DNA of 64,000 nucleotides from Candidatus Pacearchaeota archaeon (GCA_035362275.1 DAOSDI010000001.1:22777-86776); one strand, 5' to 3'. Counted from the stretch's first letter, positions 1-9,728 are shown. A program made the numbers and translations. Notes: generated by a model not told the origin, from the letters alone.

Positions 1-267
1 ATGAAAAAACCAGGGATTTTAATTCCCTTGCCCGAAGCCGCCCAAAACCATCAAGTGAAAAACGCCTACGCTTATGCCCGGACCGGTGCCGCGCTGGTGA
101 TGGAAGAAGGAAATTTTACGCGCCATTTGTTTTTAGAGAAAATCAATGATTTGTTCGCAACACCGGAATCCACGGCGGCGATGGCGGAAGCCGCGGCGCA
201 ATTTGCTCGGCCGATGGCGGGAGAAACGATCGCGGATTATATCGCAAAATATGTCTCTCAACGATAA
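1..267 (+). CDS. murG: C-terminal end of MurG-like undecaprenyl-PP-MurNAc-pentapeptide GlcNAc transferase (5' partial, continues upstream of the window)
   Basis: The translation aligns by eye with the MurG C-terminal region (LP...PFQ / ...AGAA...E... / anchoring C-terminus). The ORF runs off the window start. Confidence 0.6.
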   Translation: MKKPGILIPLPEAAQNHQVKNAYAYARTGAALVMEEGNFTRHLFLEKINDLFATPESTAAMAEAAAQFARPMAGETIADYIAKYVSQR

Positions 268-292
268 TTAACGCAGTGTTTTTGAAAATGCC

Positions 293-1861
293 ATGAGCGA
301 AAACAATAAGGAAAATCAGAACATGACTGCGCCGGTGCGCGTGAGGATGCCGCCGTCCCCGACGGGATTTATGCATGTCGGAACCCTGCGGATGGCGCTT
401 TTTAACTATATTTTTGCCAAGCAGAAAGGGGGCAAGACGGTTTTGCGTTTGGAGGACACCGATTGCCAACGCTCAAAAAAAGAATTTGCCGATGATATTT
501 TGGACGGATTGAAGTGGCTGGGTTTGAGTTGGGATGAGGGTCCGTTTTATCAGTCGCAGAGAGGGGAAATATACAAGCGTTATTTGCAAAAATTAATTGA
601 CGAAAATAAAGCATATTATTGTTTTTGCTCGCAAGAGGAGCTTGAAGCTCAAAAACAATATCAAATGTCGCGCGGAGAAGCGCCAATTTATTCGGGGGGT
701 TGCGCCGGGCTTGCGCCGGAAGAAGCGTGCGCGCGGATTGCTCGCGGCGATAAATTTGTGGTGCGTTTCCGCACCGAAAGAAAAAAAATCAAATTCAACG
801 ATTTGGTGCGCGGGGAAATAGAATTTGACGGATCTTTGATCGGTGATTTTGTGATTGCCAAGGATTTTGAGAACGCGCTTTACAACTTTACCGTGGTGGT
901 TGATGATTTTGAAATGGGAATCACTCACGTGATTCGCGGCGAAGATCATATTTCCAACACCCCCAAACAAATTCTTATTCAGGAGGCATTGGGGCTATTC
1001 CGGCCGGAATACGCGCATTTGCCGATAATTATGGGCGCCGATCGGAGCAAGCTTTCCAAGCGCCATGGCGCGGTTGGCGTTACCGAATACCGCCGGCAAG
1101 GATATCTTCCCGAAGCGCTGATCAATTTTACGGCGTTTTTGGGCTGGAATCCGGGAACGGAAAAGGAAATTTATTCAATGCCGGAATTAATCCGCGATTT
1201 TTCTTTTGCCAAAGTGCAGAAAGGGGGAGCAGTGTTTAATCCGGTGCGGCTGGATTATTTGAATTCCTGTTATATCAAAAACCGCACTCCGGGCGATCTG
1301 GCCAGACTCTGTCTGCCATATTTTGTTTCCGCCGGTTATTTGAGCGAGGAAAAATCCGCCTCCGGGACCGTTTATAAAAATCCGCGGACGGGGGAGAGGA
1401 TCGAGGATGAATTTATTGAAAAAATTGTTGCCTATCAGCAGTCTCGCTTGAAAAAATTATCCGAGATCGCTGAAGCGTCGGGATATTTTTTTCTGTCCGA
1501 ATTATCCTATGAAAAAGAACTGCTGAAATGGAAAGATGCTTCTTTTGCCGAAACCAAGCTCGCTCTTGACAAATTAAAAATTATATTTGGAAATATAAAA
1601 GCGGGGGATTGGAAGCGGCAAAACTTGGAGGAGGCGGTCTTGCCGCAAATTGCCGATTTTAATTTGTCGGTCGGAAAACCGGAAAAAGATCGCGGTTATT
1701 TGCTGTGGCCTTTGCGCGTGGCGCTTTGCGGGCAAAAAATGTCAATCGGGCCGTTTGAGATGGCGGACGTTTTGGGCAAGGAAAAAACCGCCAAAAGGAT
1801 TGACGCCGCCATTGAAATGTTAAATGGTTCAATATGTGCGCCGACTTTATTCAATCAATAA
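293..1861 (+). CDS. gltX: glutamyl-tRNA synthetase (class I aaRS)
   Basis: PSPTGFMHVGT (HIGH-type motif), KLSKR (KMSKS-type motif), 522 aa, typical GluRS architecture. Confidence 0.9.
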   Translation: MSENNKENQNMTAPVRVRMPPSPTGFMHVGTLRMALFNYIFAKQKGGKTVLRLEDTDCQRSKKEFADDILDGLKWLGLSWDEGPFYQSQRGEIYKRYLQKLIDENKAYYCFCSQEELEAQKQYQMSRGEAPIYSGGCAGLAPEEACARIARGDKFVVRFRTERKKIKFNDLVRGEIEFDGSLIGDFVIAKDFENALYNFTVVVDDFEMGITHVIRGEDHISNTPKQILIQEALGLFRPEYAHLPIIMGADRSKLSKRHGAVGVTEYRRQGYLPEALINFTAFLGWNPGTEKEIYSMPELIRDFSFAKVQKGGAVFNPVRLDYLNSCYIKNRTPGDLARLCLPYFVSAGYLSEEKSASGTVYKNPRTGERIEDEFIEKIVAYQQSRLKKLSEIAEASGYFFLSELSYEKELLKWKDASFAETKLALDKLKIIFGNIKAGDWKRQNLEEAVLPQIADFNLSVGKPEKDRGYLLWPLRVALCGQKMSIGPFEMADVLGKEKTAKRIDAAIEMLNGSICAPTLFNQ

Positions 1862-2136
1862 TGCTGGGAATCGTTAAATTGCTGTTTTTGGCGGGGTTGG
1901 TGGTCTTGGGCATCGTTTTGTTGCCGCAAAATTGGGTGGACGAGACAAAGGACGCGTTTGCCGGCGCAAAAAATTATTTGTCCAAAACGCTTGAGGAAAA
2001 AACGCCGGAAGTCAAGGAGAGTGTTGTTTTGCAGGCGGAAGAAACAAAAAAGGAGGCAGGAACCCTTTATGATAAATTCAAGGAAGAAAAATGGCCGGGA
2101 ATCAGGGATTGGCTCGTTGAAAAATTCATTTATTAG
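1834..2136 (+). CDS. small hypothetical membrane protein
   Basis: ORF with an N-terminal hydrophobic segment (LGIVKLLFLAGLVVLGIVLL). No recognisable domain. Confidence 0.3.
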   Translation: MCADFIQSIMLGIVKLLFLAGLVVLGIVLLPQNWVDETKDAFAGAKNYLSKTLEEKTPEVKESVVLQAEETKKEAGTLYDKFKEEKWPGIRDWLVEKFIY

Positions 2137-2459
2137 TTTTTGCCGGGGCGAGGAGGAATTGGCCGCGGCCGGGCTCGTTCGTCGGTATATTAAATGTCGC
2201 ACAATCAAGGTTAATGGACGTTAACATCGGGATTTTGGCCGATTGGCGGCATTTGGGCGGATTTTGTGATTTTTGAGGGTTGCTTGCTGTTTTCTTGATG
2301 AGGGTTTGCCGGAAGCCTTCCCTGCCGGAAAGTTTGTTGTTTTTTTGAAAATTTTTCAATTTTTTATTTTTTAATATAATTTCGGAATTTTATTTTTTTT
2401 ATTTTCCTTTTTTATTCTATTTTGCCATAATTAGCGTTCCCCGTTTAATTCCAAAACCA

Positions 2460-3434
2460 ATGAATAACTCCGACAAACCCGTCATTGCCCATATCCCCGA
2501 TTTTCTTGATTATTGCGAGATTGAAAAAGGGCTCTCGGAAAACACCCAAATAAATTACCGCCGGTACCTGCAAAAATTCATCAATTGGCTCAAATCCCAA
2601 AAAAAGGAGCAGATTTTGCCCCACGAACTGTCCGCCGACGATGTTTGGGCATATCGGGTGCATTTATCCCGTTTTATTGACCCGCAGGGCGGCAATTTGT
2701 CCAAGGCCACCCAAAACTACTACCTGATCGCTTTGCGCGCCTTGTTGGGCTATTTTACGGCCAAGGATATTGTTGCTTTGCCGGCGGACAAGATTAAACT
2801 GCCCAAAGATGCGCGAAAGGAAAAAACCGTCAAATTTCTGAATTTGGAACAGATTGAAAAGCTTTTGCTGGCACCCGATGAAGGTACCGCCGCGGGGGTC
2901 CGTGACCGCGCGATTTTGGAAACGCTGTTTTCCACCGGATTGAGAATTGCCGAATTGGTAAATTTGAATCGCGAGCAATTCGCAAATTTGCAGGAAAACA
3001 AAGAACTTGAACTGGGGATTATCGGCAAGGGCAAATATCCGCGCACGGTTTATTTTTCCGCCCGCGCCTTGGGATGGATTAAAAAATATTTAAAAATCCG
3101 CGATGAAATCTGCGAAAAGGAAGAAAAAGCGCTGTTTGTCAATTTTCGGGCGCACAAGAACGCCCCGCGGCGGTTGACCGCCCGGTCGATTGAACGAATG
3201 GTGAAAATCTGCGCGATTGGTGCCAGTGTGCCGCTGTTTACCACGCCGCACACCTTGCGCCATTCCATGGCCACCGATCTTTTGGCGCAGGGCGCGGATT
3301 TGCGCGCCATTCAGGAATTTTTGGGGCATCGCAGTATTATGACCACGCAAATCTACACTCACGTGACCAATAAACGTTTGCGCGACATCCACCGCCAATT
3401 CCATAGCGGCCGGCATCTAAAAAACGAGCATTGA
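2460..3434 (+). CDS. tyrosine site-specific recombinase, XerC/XerD-like
   Basis: C-terminal catalytic signature HTLRHSMATDLL...LGHRSIMTTQIYTHV (R-H-R-Y recombinase box). 324 aa. Confidence 0.85.
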   Translation: MNNSDKPVIAHIPDFLDYCEIEKGLSENTQINYRRYLQKFINWLKSQKKEQILPHELSADDVWAYRVHLSRFIDPQGGNLSKATQNYYLIALRALLGYFTAKDIVALPADKIKLPKDARKEKTVKFLNLEQIEKLLLAPDEGTAAGVRDRAILETLFSTGLRIAELVNLNREQFANLQENKELELGIIGKGKYPRTVYFSARALGWIKKYLKIRDEICEKEEKALFVNFRAHKNAPRRLTARSIERMVKICAIGASVPLFTTPHTLRHSMATDLLAQGADLRAIQEFLGHRSIMTTQIYTHVTNKRLRDIHRQFHSGRHLKNEH

Positions 3435-3508
3435 TTAATCCTTGATTGTCAAAGATTAAAGATTAAACCCGCCTTTGTTGAGAGGGTCTTTTAATGTCGC
3501 ACAATATT

Positions 3509-4141
3509 TTATTCAAATTCCACGGGGACAATCAGTTGGTTGTTGTGTTCGGAAAGTCCCGACGGATTATCTTTTTGCAAAATCAAGGTGCCGGCGGTCG
3601 TTGGCGGGGCCGTGAATTCAAACGTGGCCAGAAATTCAACAAAATCCTCGGTCATCCAATCGCTTTGCGCGGCGGCAGTGCCATTTGCCAGTTCATTGCC
3701 GTTTTCATCCATTAATTTTACCGGGAAAGATGCTTCAAAAAACCAGTTGCCGCGAGCTTTGCCGCTGATGATGAGCGGGCTGGCGATTTTTGCGTTCGGC
3801 CGCGGTGAATAGATCATTATCAAGTCGGCCAATTCCATTTCGTTGCCAATGTTTTGCGTGAATATTTTTCCGTCCGGAGTGGAACATCTTGCCGGATAAA
3901 TTTCCTCCACTGGATTGCCGCCGGCAACGCATTCTTGAAAATTTTTAATTCCGTTTTCTTCATTTTTGTTTTCTTCGGTCTTGACCGGCTCAATGGTTGC
4001 CGTACTTGAACGGTTTGCCGTTTTACCGGACATTACCGGCACCTTTGAGGATTGATATTGCACGAAAACAATCACTGCCCCGGTAAGCACAACTCCGATC
4101 ACCGAAATAATGGCCAATGCCATAATTTCTTTTTGATTCAT
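3509..4141 (-). CDS. membrane-anchored Gmad2/GerMN-like immunoglobulin-like domain protein
   Basis: N-terminal TM helix. The C-terminal region (GKARGNWFFEASFPVKLMDENG...ILQKDNPSGLSE...IVPVEFE) resembles the Gmad2 Ig-like domain. Confidence 0.5.
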   Translation of the reverse strand: MNQKEIMALAIISVIGVVLTGAVIVFVQYQSSKVPVMSGKTANRSSTATIEPVKTEENKNEENGIKNFQECVAGGNPVEEIYPARCSTPDGKIFTQNIGNEMELADLIMIYSPRPNAKIASPLIISGKARGNWFFEASFPVKLMDENGNELANGTAAAQSDWMTEDFVEFLATFEFTAPPTTAGTLILQKDNPSGLSEHNNQLIVPVEFE

Positions 4142-4163
4142 ATGTTTTAAATCCTAAACTTTT

Positions 4164-5231
4164 TTACGCGTTGGCTTTGATTTCGATCACATCGCCGTCT
4201 TTAACAACATACTCCTTGCCTTCGGTGCGCAAAAGCCCTTTTTCCCGGGCCGGGGAAAAGCCGCCGGCGTTAAGCAAATCTTGCCAATTGATCACTTCGG
4301 CGCGGATGAATTTTTTTTCAAAATCGGTGTGGATGACGCCGCCGGCTTTCGGGGCGGCATTTCCCTTTTTTAGCGTCCAGGCGCGGGTTTCATCCGGTCC
4401 GGTGGTGAAAAAAGTGATTAGTTCCAAAAGCTCGTAGGATTTTTTTATCAGCAAATCCAGATTTTCCCCCGAAGGCAGATTGAAATCTTCTTTTTCCGCG
4501 TCGGTGAGGCCTTCGCCGTCGCTTTCCCCCAAGATGTCAATCACGATATGCGGCAATTTTTCTCTTTCAAATTTTTCGGCGATATCCTTTCCGATTTCAT
4601 CGGGTTTGCCGTTTAAAACATAAAGGCGCGGCTTCATTGTGAGCAGTTGCAGGCGGTTGACATTCTTTTTTTCCTCCTCGGTGAATTCAGCTTCGGACAA
4701 TATTTTTCCCGCTTCCAAAAATGATTTCGCTTTTTGCAGGGCCTGCATTTCTTCTTTGGCGCCGGGCTTGTTGCCGCGCACTTCGCTTTCCACGGATTCA
4801 AGCCGCTTTGACGCCGTTTCCAAATCCTTTAGCGCCAATTCGGTGTCCAAGATTTCTTTGTCGCGCCAAGGATCAATTGAGTCCTGCGTATTGATGATTT
4901 TTTCGTTGCCAAAAGCGCGCAAAATATATAAAATTGCGTCGGTCTCCCGGATATTCTGCAAAAATTTATTGCCCAGACCCTCCCCTTGCGCGGCGCCCTT
5001 TACCAGCCCGGCGATGTCCACAAATTCTACCGTGGCATAGATTTTTTTTGCCGATTTGGTCAATTCCGCCAGCCGGTCAACGCGCTTGTCGGCAACCGGC
5101 ACCACGCCGATATTCGGCTCAATGGTGCAAAACGGATAGTTGGCGCATTCAGCCTGTTTTTTGGTGATGGCTTTGAATAATGTGGATTTGCCCACGTTGG
5201 GCAGGCCCACGATGCCCACATGAAGACTCAT
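4164..5231 (-). CDS. ychF: ribosome-binding ATPase YchF (Obg-family GTPase)
   Basis: MSLHVGIVGLPNVGKSTLF N-terminus and a TGS-like C-terminus. 355 aa. Confidence 0.9.
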   Translation of the reverse strand: MSLHVGIVGLPNVGKSTLFKAITKKQAECANYPFCTIEPNIGVVPVADKRVDRLAELTKSAKKIYATVEFVDIAGLVKGAAQGEGLGNKFLQNIRETDAILYILRAFGNEKIINTQDSIDPWRDKEILDTELALKDLETASKRLESVESEVRGNKPGAKEEMQALQKAKSFLEAGKILSEAEFTEEEKKNVNRLQLLTMKPRLYVLNGKPDEIGKDIAEKFEREKLPHIVIDILGESDGEGLTDAEKEDFNLPSGENLDLLIKKSYELLELITFFTTGPDETRAWTLKKGNAAPKAGGVIHTDFEKKFIRAEVINWQDLLNAGGFSPAREKGLLRTEGKEYVVKDGDVIEIKANA

Positions 5232-5371
5232 AAATTTTCAATTTTCAATTTTCAATTTCCATTGAATTTTCAATGAAACAATTTTCAATTAAAAACAAAT
5301 AACAATAATGCTTGATTATTGTCCGTTTTCGCCCAAAATTCAAGCCAAATCACGGATGTTCTCTCAATTTA

Positions 5372-5830
5372 TTAAACGGTTTCGCAGTTTTTGGATAAAT
5401 TGCCGTTGATTTTTTCAATCCAGCAAATGTCAATGCGGCGTTTCAAAACGCCGATAAAAACTCCCAAATCATAACCCAAATTGCCGGCGACCGCGTCTTG
5501 CAGTTTTTTTATGTCCAAACGCGCCGCCAAGCTGTCTTTGCCGCCTTTTTTGATTTCAAAAATTATGCAATTGTTCGGGCTTAATCTTTTGTGAATGATA
5601 ATATCCGGCCGGATTTTATCTCCTGCGCCGTTCTTTTTGGCGGTTAATAAATTGCGGCTGTATTCGCAATCAACATTCAGTTCGCGGAACAAATTTCCCA
5701 AATATACCGCGATCCGATGGCTGATTGCCGCCTCGTAAATATTAACCTTCAAAAGTGCGGCACGGTCAAGCGCCTTGAATTCCCGCACCGCTTCCCTGAT
5801 TTTTTCCTTGGCGTCTTGAATTTGTATCAT
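5372..5830 (-). CDS. hypothetical protein
   Basis: 152-aa ORF with no recognisable motif. A restriction-endonuclease-like fold is possible but unsupported. Confidence 0.35.
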   Translation of the reverse strand: MIQIQDAKEKIREAVREFKALDRAALLKVNIYEAAISHRIAVYLGNLFRELNVDCEYSRNLLTAKKNGAGDKIRPDIIIHKRLSPNNCIIFEIKKGGKDSLAARLDIKKLQDAVAGNLGYDLGVFIGVLKRRIDICWIEKINGNLSKNCETV

Positions 5831-5944
5831 TGTTTTTGATTTAAAAAATGATTCGCCTATTCTTGATTATGGCGCGTGCCAACCAAAAATTCAATGGGAA
5901 AAATTAAAAAACAGAGGTTCAACCCCTGTTTTTTGGTTTTTTAA

Positions 5945-6286
5945 TTATTTGACGGTTTTGTATTGGTCCGGCGACCAGGCGGGGGCGCAGGGCATAAAGA
6001 TTTCCATATTGCCCTGCCAATAAAATTTTTCGCCGGGATTTATCAAGACCAAATCGCCGGCGCCAATTTCATATTCTTTGTCTTCCACGGCCAATTTTCC
6101 CGAACCCGAAATGATATAGCCCATTTCCTTGCAAACTTCATTGGCCGCCCAGCCTTTGTCGGGATAGCGTCCCGAAAGTTTGATCACCGCGCCGTTGATA
6201 TCGCGATCGGTTGTCGGATATTCAAACGCAACGCAAGATTCGCCGTTTTTGAACTCCTTCCTTTGATTTTTGAAAATTATTTGCAT
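5945..6286 (-). CDS. cupin-domain protein
   Basis: A small beta-barrel cupin-like sequence (GEKFYWQG...). 113 aa. Confidence 0.5.
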   Translation of the reverse strand: MQIIFKNQRKEFKNGESCVAFEYPTTDRDINGAVIKLSGRYPDKGWAANEVCKEMGYIISGSGKLAVEDKEYEIGAGDLVLINPGEKFYWQGNMEIFMPCAPAWSPDQYKTVK

Positions 6287-6831
6287 ATTATTTTCTCAAT
6301 TCTGCCGATTCCAGCGACTGTATTCGCATCTTTTGAAATCAGGCGCGCTTCTTCAAAAGTTTTCCATCCGATTTCATGGAATTCCTTTTGCAATAAATTT
6401 TTATCCGGCGCGAAACTTTTTGAATCTTGCGGCAAAAAGAACCAAATATCATAATGAATTTTACATAACCTTCCGGCAGGATTATTTTCAACTTTTGTTA
6501 TTGTCAGCAATTCCGGTTTTATGCCATTGGTAATCTTTATCTCAATCCCCCATTCCTCCTTAATCTCTCGCTCCAAGGTTTCATAAGGGGATTCATTTTT
6601 TTCCATATGTCCGCCGTTGAAAAGCCATAATCCGGATTTTTTGTGATGGCCGATAAATACCAATTTATTTTGCGGATCGTAAGCAGGAAAATAAACACAA
6701 AAATGCGAAAAAGGATTTTTGTCCTTGCCAAATTCTCTTTCGTTGATTCTTGCCGCAAATTCATTTTTTGTTTTGTTTGCGGCGAAGGTTTCATTTGTTA
6801 TTTTTTGGAGCAGTTGACTTAATGTTTCCAT
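6277..6831 (-). CDS. NUDIX hydrolase
   Basis: NUDIX box GGHMEKNESPYETLEREIKEEWGIE (GX5EX7REUXEEXGU). Confidence 0.7.
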   Translation of the reverse strand: METLSQLLQKITNETFAANKTKNEFAARINEREFGKDKNPFSHFCVYFPAYDPQNKLVFIGHHKKSGLWLFNGGHMEKNESPYETLEREIKEEWGIEIKITNGIKPELLTITKVENNPAGRLCKIHYDIWFFLPQDSKSFAPDKNLLQKEFHEIGWKTFEEARLISKDANTVAGIGRIEKIICK

Positions 6832-6833
6832 TA

Positions 6834-7613
6834 TTATTGCAAATCAATAACGGTGCCGGCGGGCTTGCCTTCCAGGGCGTCTTTGAAATGTTTTAAGTCC
6901 ACAATTTGGCAGACGATGCCGGTTTTTGCCGCCTCCATCAATTCAAGGTATTTTTGCTTCATTCCGCCGGTGACATCGGCGGCGGTGCTTCCCGAAAGGC
7001 ATTTTTGAATATCTTGATAATTTTTGCGATTGATTTTGGGAATCAGCCGCGCGGTTTTATCCGTTTTGGGGTTGGCGGTGAAAATTCCTTCCACATCGCT
7101 CACCTCAATGATTTTCTCGGCCCCCATCTTTTTGGCAATATAAGGGGTGATTTGATCTCCCGAAAGAATTGCCGATCCCCAAGCTTTGTCAAACGCTGGT
7201 ACGCCGTAGGCGACTGGCACCATTTTCAGGCGCAAAAGCCCTCCCATAGTTTCCGTGGCCATTGATACCAATCGTCCTCGTTCCAAGACCGCGTGGCTTG
7301 ACGCTTGCGCCGGAAATGCGGGTACGCCTTTCTTGATCAGTCGATTGCAAACCATGCAATTCAAATCGTTTTGCAATTTTTGGGTTTTGGCAAAAGCGAG
7401 AATTTGTTTTTCGCTGATGACGCTTTTATCAATGCCGGTTTGCTTCACCAAGGGATGGCCGAAAGATCCTACGCCGTGCACCAAAATATAAGATTCTTTG
7501 AAGCCTTTTAGTAAACTGCCGAGCTTATTGATGTTTCCGGCATTGATTTTTGGTTTTTTGCTTTCTTTTTTGGTGATTACCGAGCCGCCGATTTTGATGA
7601 TAGTGAGAGGCAT
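6834..7613 (-). CDS. amino-acid-kinase family protein, likely isopentenyl phosphate kinase
   Basis: N-terminus IIKIGGSVITKK and a His-containing glycine loop VHGVGSFGH, both characteristic of isopentenyl phosphate kinase. 259 aa. Adjacent to uppS. Confidence 0.55.
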   Translation of the reverse strand: MPLTIIKIGGSVITKKESKKPKINAGNINKLGSLLKGFKESYILVHGVGSFGHPLVKQTGIDKSVISEKQILAFAKTQKLQNDLNCMVCNRLIKKGVPAFPAQASSHAVLERGRLVSMATETMGGLLRLKMVPVAYGVPAFDKAWGSAILSGDQITPYIAKKMGAEKIIEVSDVEGIFTANPKTDKTARLIPKINRKNYQDIQKCLSGSTAADVTGGMKQKYLELMEAAKTGIVCQIVDLKHFKDALEGKPAGTVIDLQ

Positions 7614-7678
7614 AATGATAAAATCAAAATTAAAAAATCAAAAATGAAAATTAACTTCAAATCAAAAATTTTGGAAAA

Positions 7679-8371
7679 TTATTTGCCGAAGCGCCGTTGG
7701 CGCGATGCATATTCCGCCAGTGCCGCGTCAAGGTCATTTTCGCCAAAATCCGGCCAATATTTTTTCACAAACAGAAATTCCGAATAGGCCGCTTGCCACA
7801 ATAAAAATCCGGACAGCCGCTGTTCCCCGCCGGTGCGGATGATCAAATCCACATCCGAAGTCCAAAGATTATCTTTAACGGTGTCCTCGGTGATTTTATC
7901 CGGATCAATCCCCTTTTTGACGATTTTTTTGATTGCGTCCACTAATTCCGCCCGCCCTCCGTAGCTGAGAGCCAAGTTTAACGTCATGCCGGTTTTGTTT
8001 TTTGTTTCCGATTCTATTTTTTCTATTTGATCTTTGATGTCGCGGGCGAATTTTTCTTTCTGGCCAAGGATATTGATTTTGACGTTTTTTTCATTGAATT
8101 TCCCAAAATAATCCGATAGCGATTTTCTGAAAATATCCATTAAATAATCAACCTCTTCCTTGGAACGATGCCAATTTTCGGTTGAAAAACAAAAAAGCGT
8201 GAGTGTTTTAATTCCTCTGTCTTGAGCCGCTTGTATGATTAGTTTAACATTTTCAAAGCCTTTGTGATGGCCCTCCAGTGTTGGCAGGCTGTGTTCTTTG
8301 GCCCAGCGGCGGTTGCCATCAAGAATAATTCCCAAATGCCGGGGCGGATTTTTTTGGTTTTTCATTATCAA
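7679..8371 (-). CDS. uppS: undecaprenyl diphosphate synthase (cis-prenyltransferase)
   Basis: HLGIILDGNRRWAKE signature, 230 aa. Confidence 0.9.
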   Translation of the reverse strand: MIMKNQKNPPRHLGIILDGNRRWAKEHSLPTLEGHHKGFENVKLIIQAAQDRGIKTLTLFCFSTENWHRSKEEVDYLMDIFRKSLSDYFGKFNEKNVKINILGQKEKFARDIKDQIEKIESETKNKTGMTLNLALSYGGRAELVDAIKKIVKKGIDPDKITEDTVKDNLWTSDVDLIIRTGGEQRLSGFLLWQAAYSEFLFVKKYWPDFGENDLDAALAEYASRQRRFGK

Positions 8372-8373
8372 AA

Positions 8374-9372
8374 TTAAATTTTTCGATTGAATTTCAACAG
8401 ATAATCGCCGTCAAGATTGATGTTTTGCGGAATGATCCACGGAAAATGAAATCCGGCGGTATAGGCGCAGAATTTGGCCGCTTTTCCTGCCATTATCCTC
8501 AAATTAAAAAAGCGCGCAGCGTCTTTCCTGTATTGTAGGAAATCGGGGAAATTTTTCAAGAGGATGCCGGCTTGCGTCAAATTCCAGATAACTCCCCCGC
8601 CCGACCAGGGTTTGGTGAGACCCGAAGCATCGCCGCAGAGCGTGATTTTGGCATTCTCCGGAATGGCCAGTCCTTGCGGGATGATCGCCGATTTTAAATT
8701 TTTCAGCTTTAAATTTCTTTGGGCGGCAAAATCATCAAAGAGTTTGCGCGCCGTTTCGGGTTTTTCCATTATTCCCCATTCAACATCTTCGCCGCGCGGG
8801 ATTTGCCACAGAAATCCGTTTTTTGTTGCCCAAGTTTCCACGAAATCCGAGCTATCCCGCTTTTGTTCAAATCCTTGTATTCCCAGCTGGAATGACAAAT
8901 GAAAAGGGTCCGACCCTTTTTTAAAAAGGGTCCGACCCTTTTTAAAAGCAAGGTAGTTTCGCGTGGGCGAAAGGGCGCCGTCGGCGCCGATGACGCGATC
9001 ATATTCGGAAAACAGTTTCTCCAGCTTGGCGGGATCAATATTTTGGCCGGTGCGGATGTTGGCGCCCGCTTGCGTTGCCAGTGCGCCGGCAAGCAAATCC
9101 AACTGCGCGTGGTCAATGACGGAAAATCGCGGGCGAAATTTTATCCGTATCGTTCTTTTGGGAAAATTGATGATGCAAGAACCGATTTGATTGGTTTCAA
9201 GTTGTCGCGCTTCGGGAAAAAAATCAAAAAGCCGCGCCGAAAACAGCCCCGAACAGCATTGCTTGCCGATGGTTTTTTTCTTTTCAAAAACAAAAACCTC
9301 ATTCCCCTTTTGCGCCAAATTTTTTGCCAAATAGAGCCCGCAAACCCCGGCCCCGACAATCGCAATTTTCAT
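8374..9372 (-). CDS. FAD-dependent geranylgeranyl reductase family oxidoreductase
   Basis: N-terminal Rossmann motif MKIAIVGAGVCGLYLA...VFVFEKK. 332 aa. Contains an internal 22-bp tandem palindromic repeat. Confidence 0.65.
   Translation of the reverse strand: MKIAIVGAGVCGLYLAKNLAQKGNEVFVFEKKKTIGKQCCSGLFSARLFDFFPEARQLETNQIGSCIINFPKRTIRIKFRPRFSVIDHAQLDLLAGALATQAGANIRTGQNIDPAKLEKLFSEYDRVIGADGALSPTRNYLAFKKGRTLFKKGSDPFHLSFQLGIQGFEQKRDSSDFVETWATKNGFLWQIPRGEDVEWGIMEKPETARKLFDDFAAQRNLKLKNLKSAIIPQGLAIPENAKITLCGDASGLTKPWSGGGVIWNLTQAGILLKNFPDFLQYRKDAARFFNLRIMAGKAAKFCAYTAGFHFPWIIPQNINLDGDYLLKFNRKI
8902..8947. repeat. tandem duplication (two copies, period 22 bp) of the hairpin-forming unit aaaagggtccgaccctttt, inside the reductase CDS
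   Basis: Two copies of aaaagggtccgaccctttt read directly, each an inverted repeat aaaaggg/ccctttt. They encode KKGRTLF-KKGSDPF. Confidence 0.8.
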
Positions 9373-9437
9373 ATAGCCCCATCATAGCGCAACAATCAAA
9401 ACTTGACAAAAAATATAATTTATGTTTAATAAATCTT

Positions 9438-9728
9438 ATGGCGAGTATTTCGGATATAGCCAATATTGCCATGACTATCGTTGTTTATTTTTTTATAATT
9501 GCAATGATAGATTGGTGGGTAACGTCGAAAAAAATTTGGAATTTAGCGAGGATACTATTGGTTTCGTGCACATATTTCATGTTGGTACTCGTGATTTCCA
9601 TGTGTTTGGGTTTCGCAACCGTATTTTGGCAAGTTGCGTTGGGGTACGTTGCGTATTTTGCGTTTATCGTGTATTTTGGGCCAGCCCTTTTTGATGATAG
9701 CGATAATTACAGATTCTCTCGCTATTGA
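9438..9728 (+). CDS. hypothetical small membrane protein
   Basis: Hydrophobic ORF with no homology signal. Lies in a low-complexity AT-rich region. Confidence 0.25.
   Translation: MASISDIANIAMTIVVYFFIIAMIDWWVTSKKIWNLARILLVSCTYFMLVLVISMCLGFATVFWQVALGYVAYFAFIVYFGPALFDDSDNYRFSRY

Noticed and set aside
8899-9387. 162-aa plus-strand ORF antisense to the reductase gene
   Set aside because: The minus-strand frame has a clear Rossmann FAD-binding N-terminus. The antisense ORF is explained by the local repeat and codon composition.
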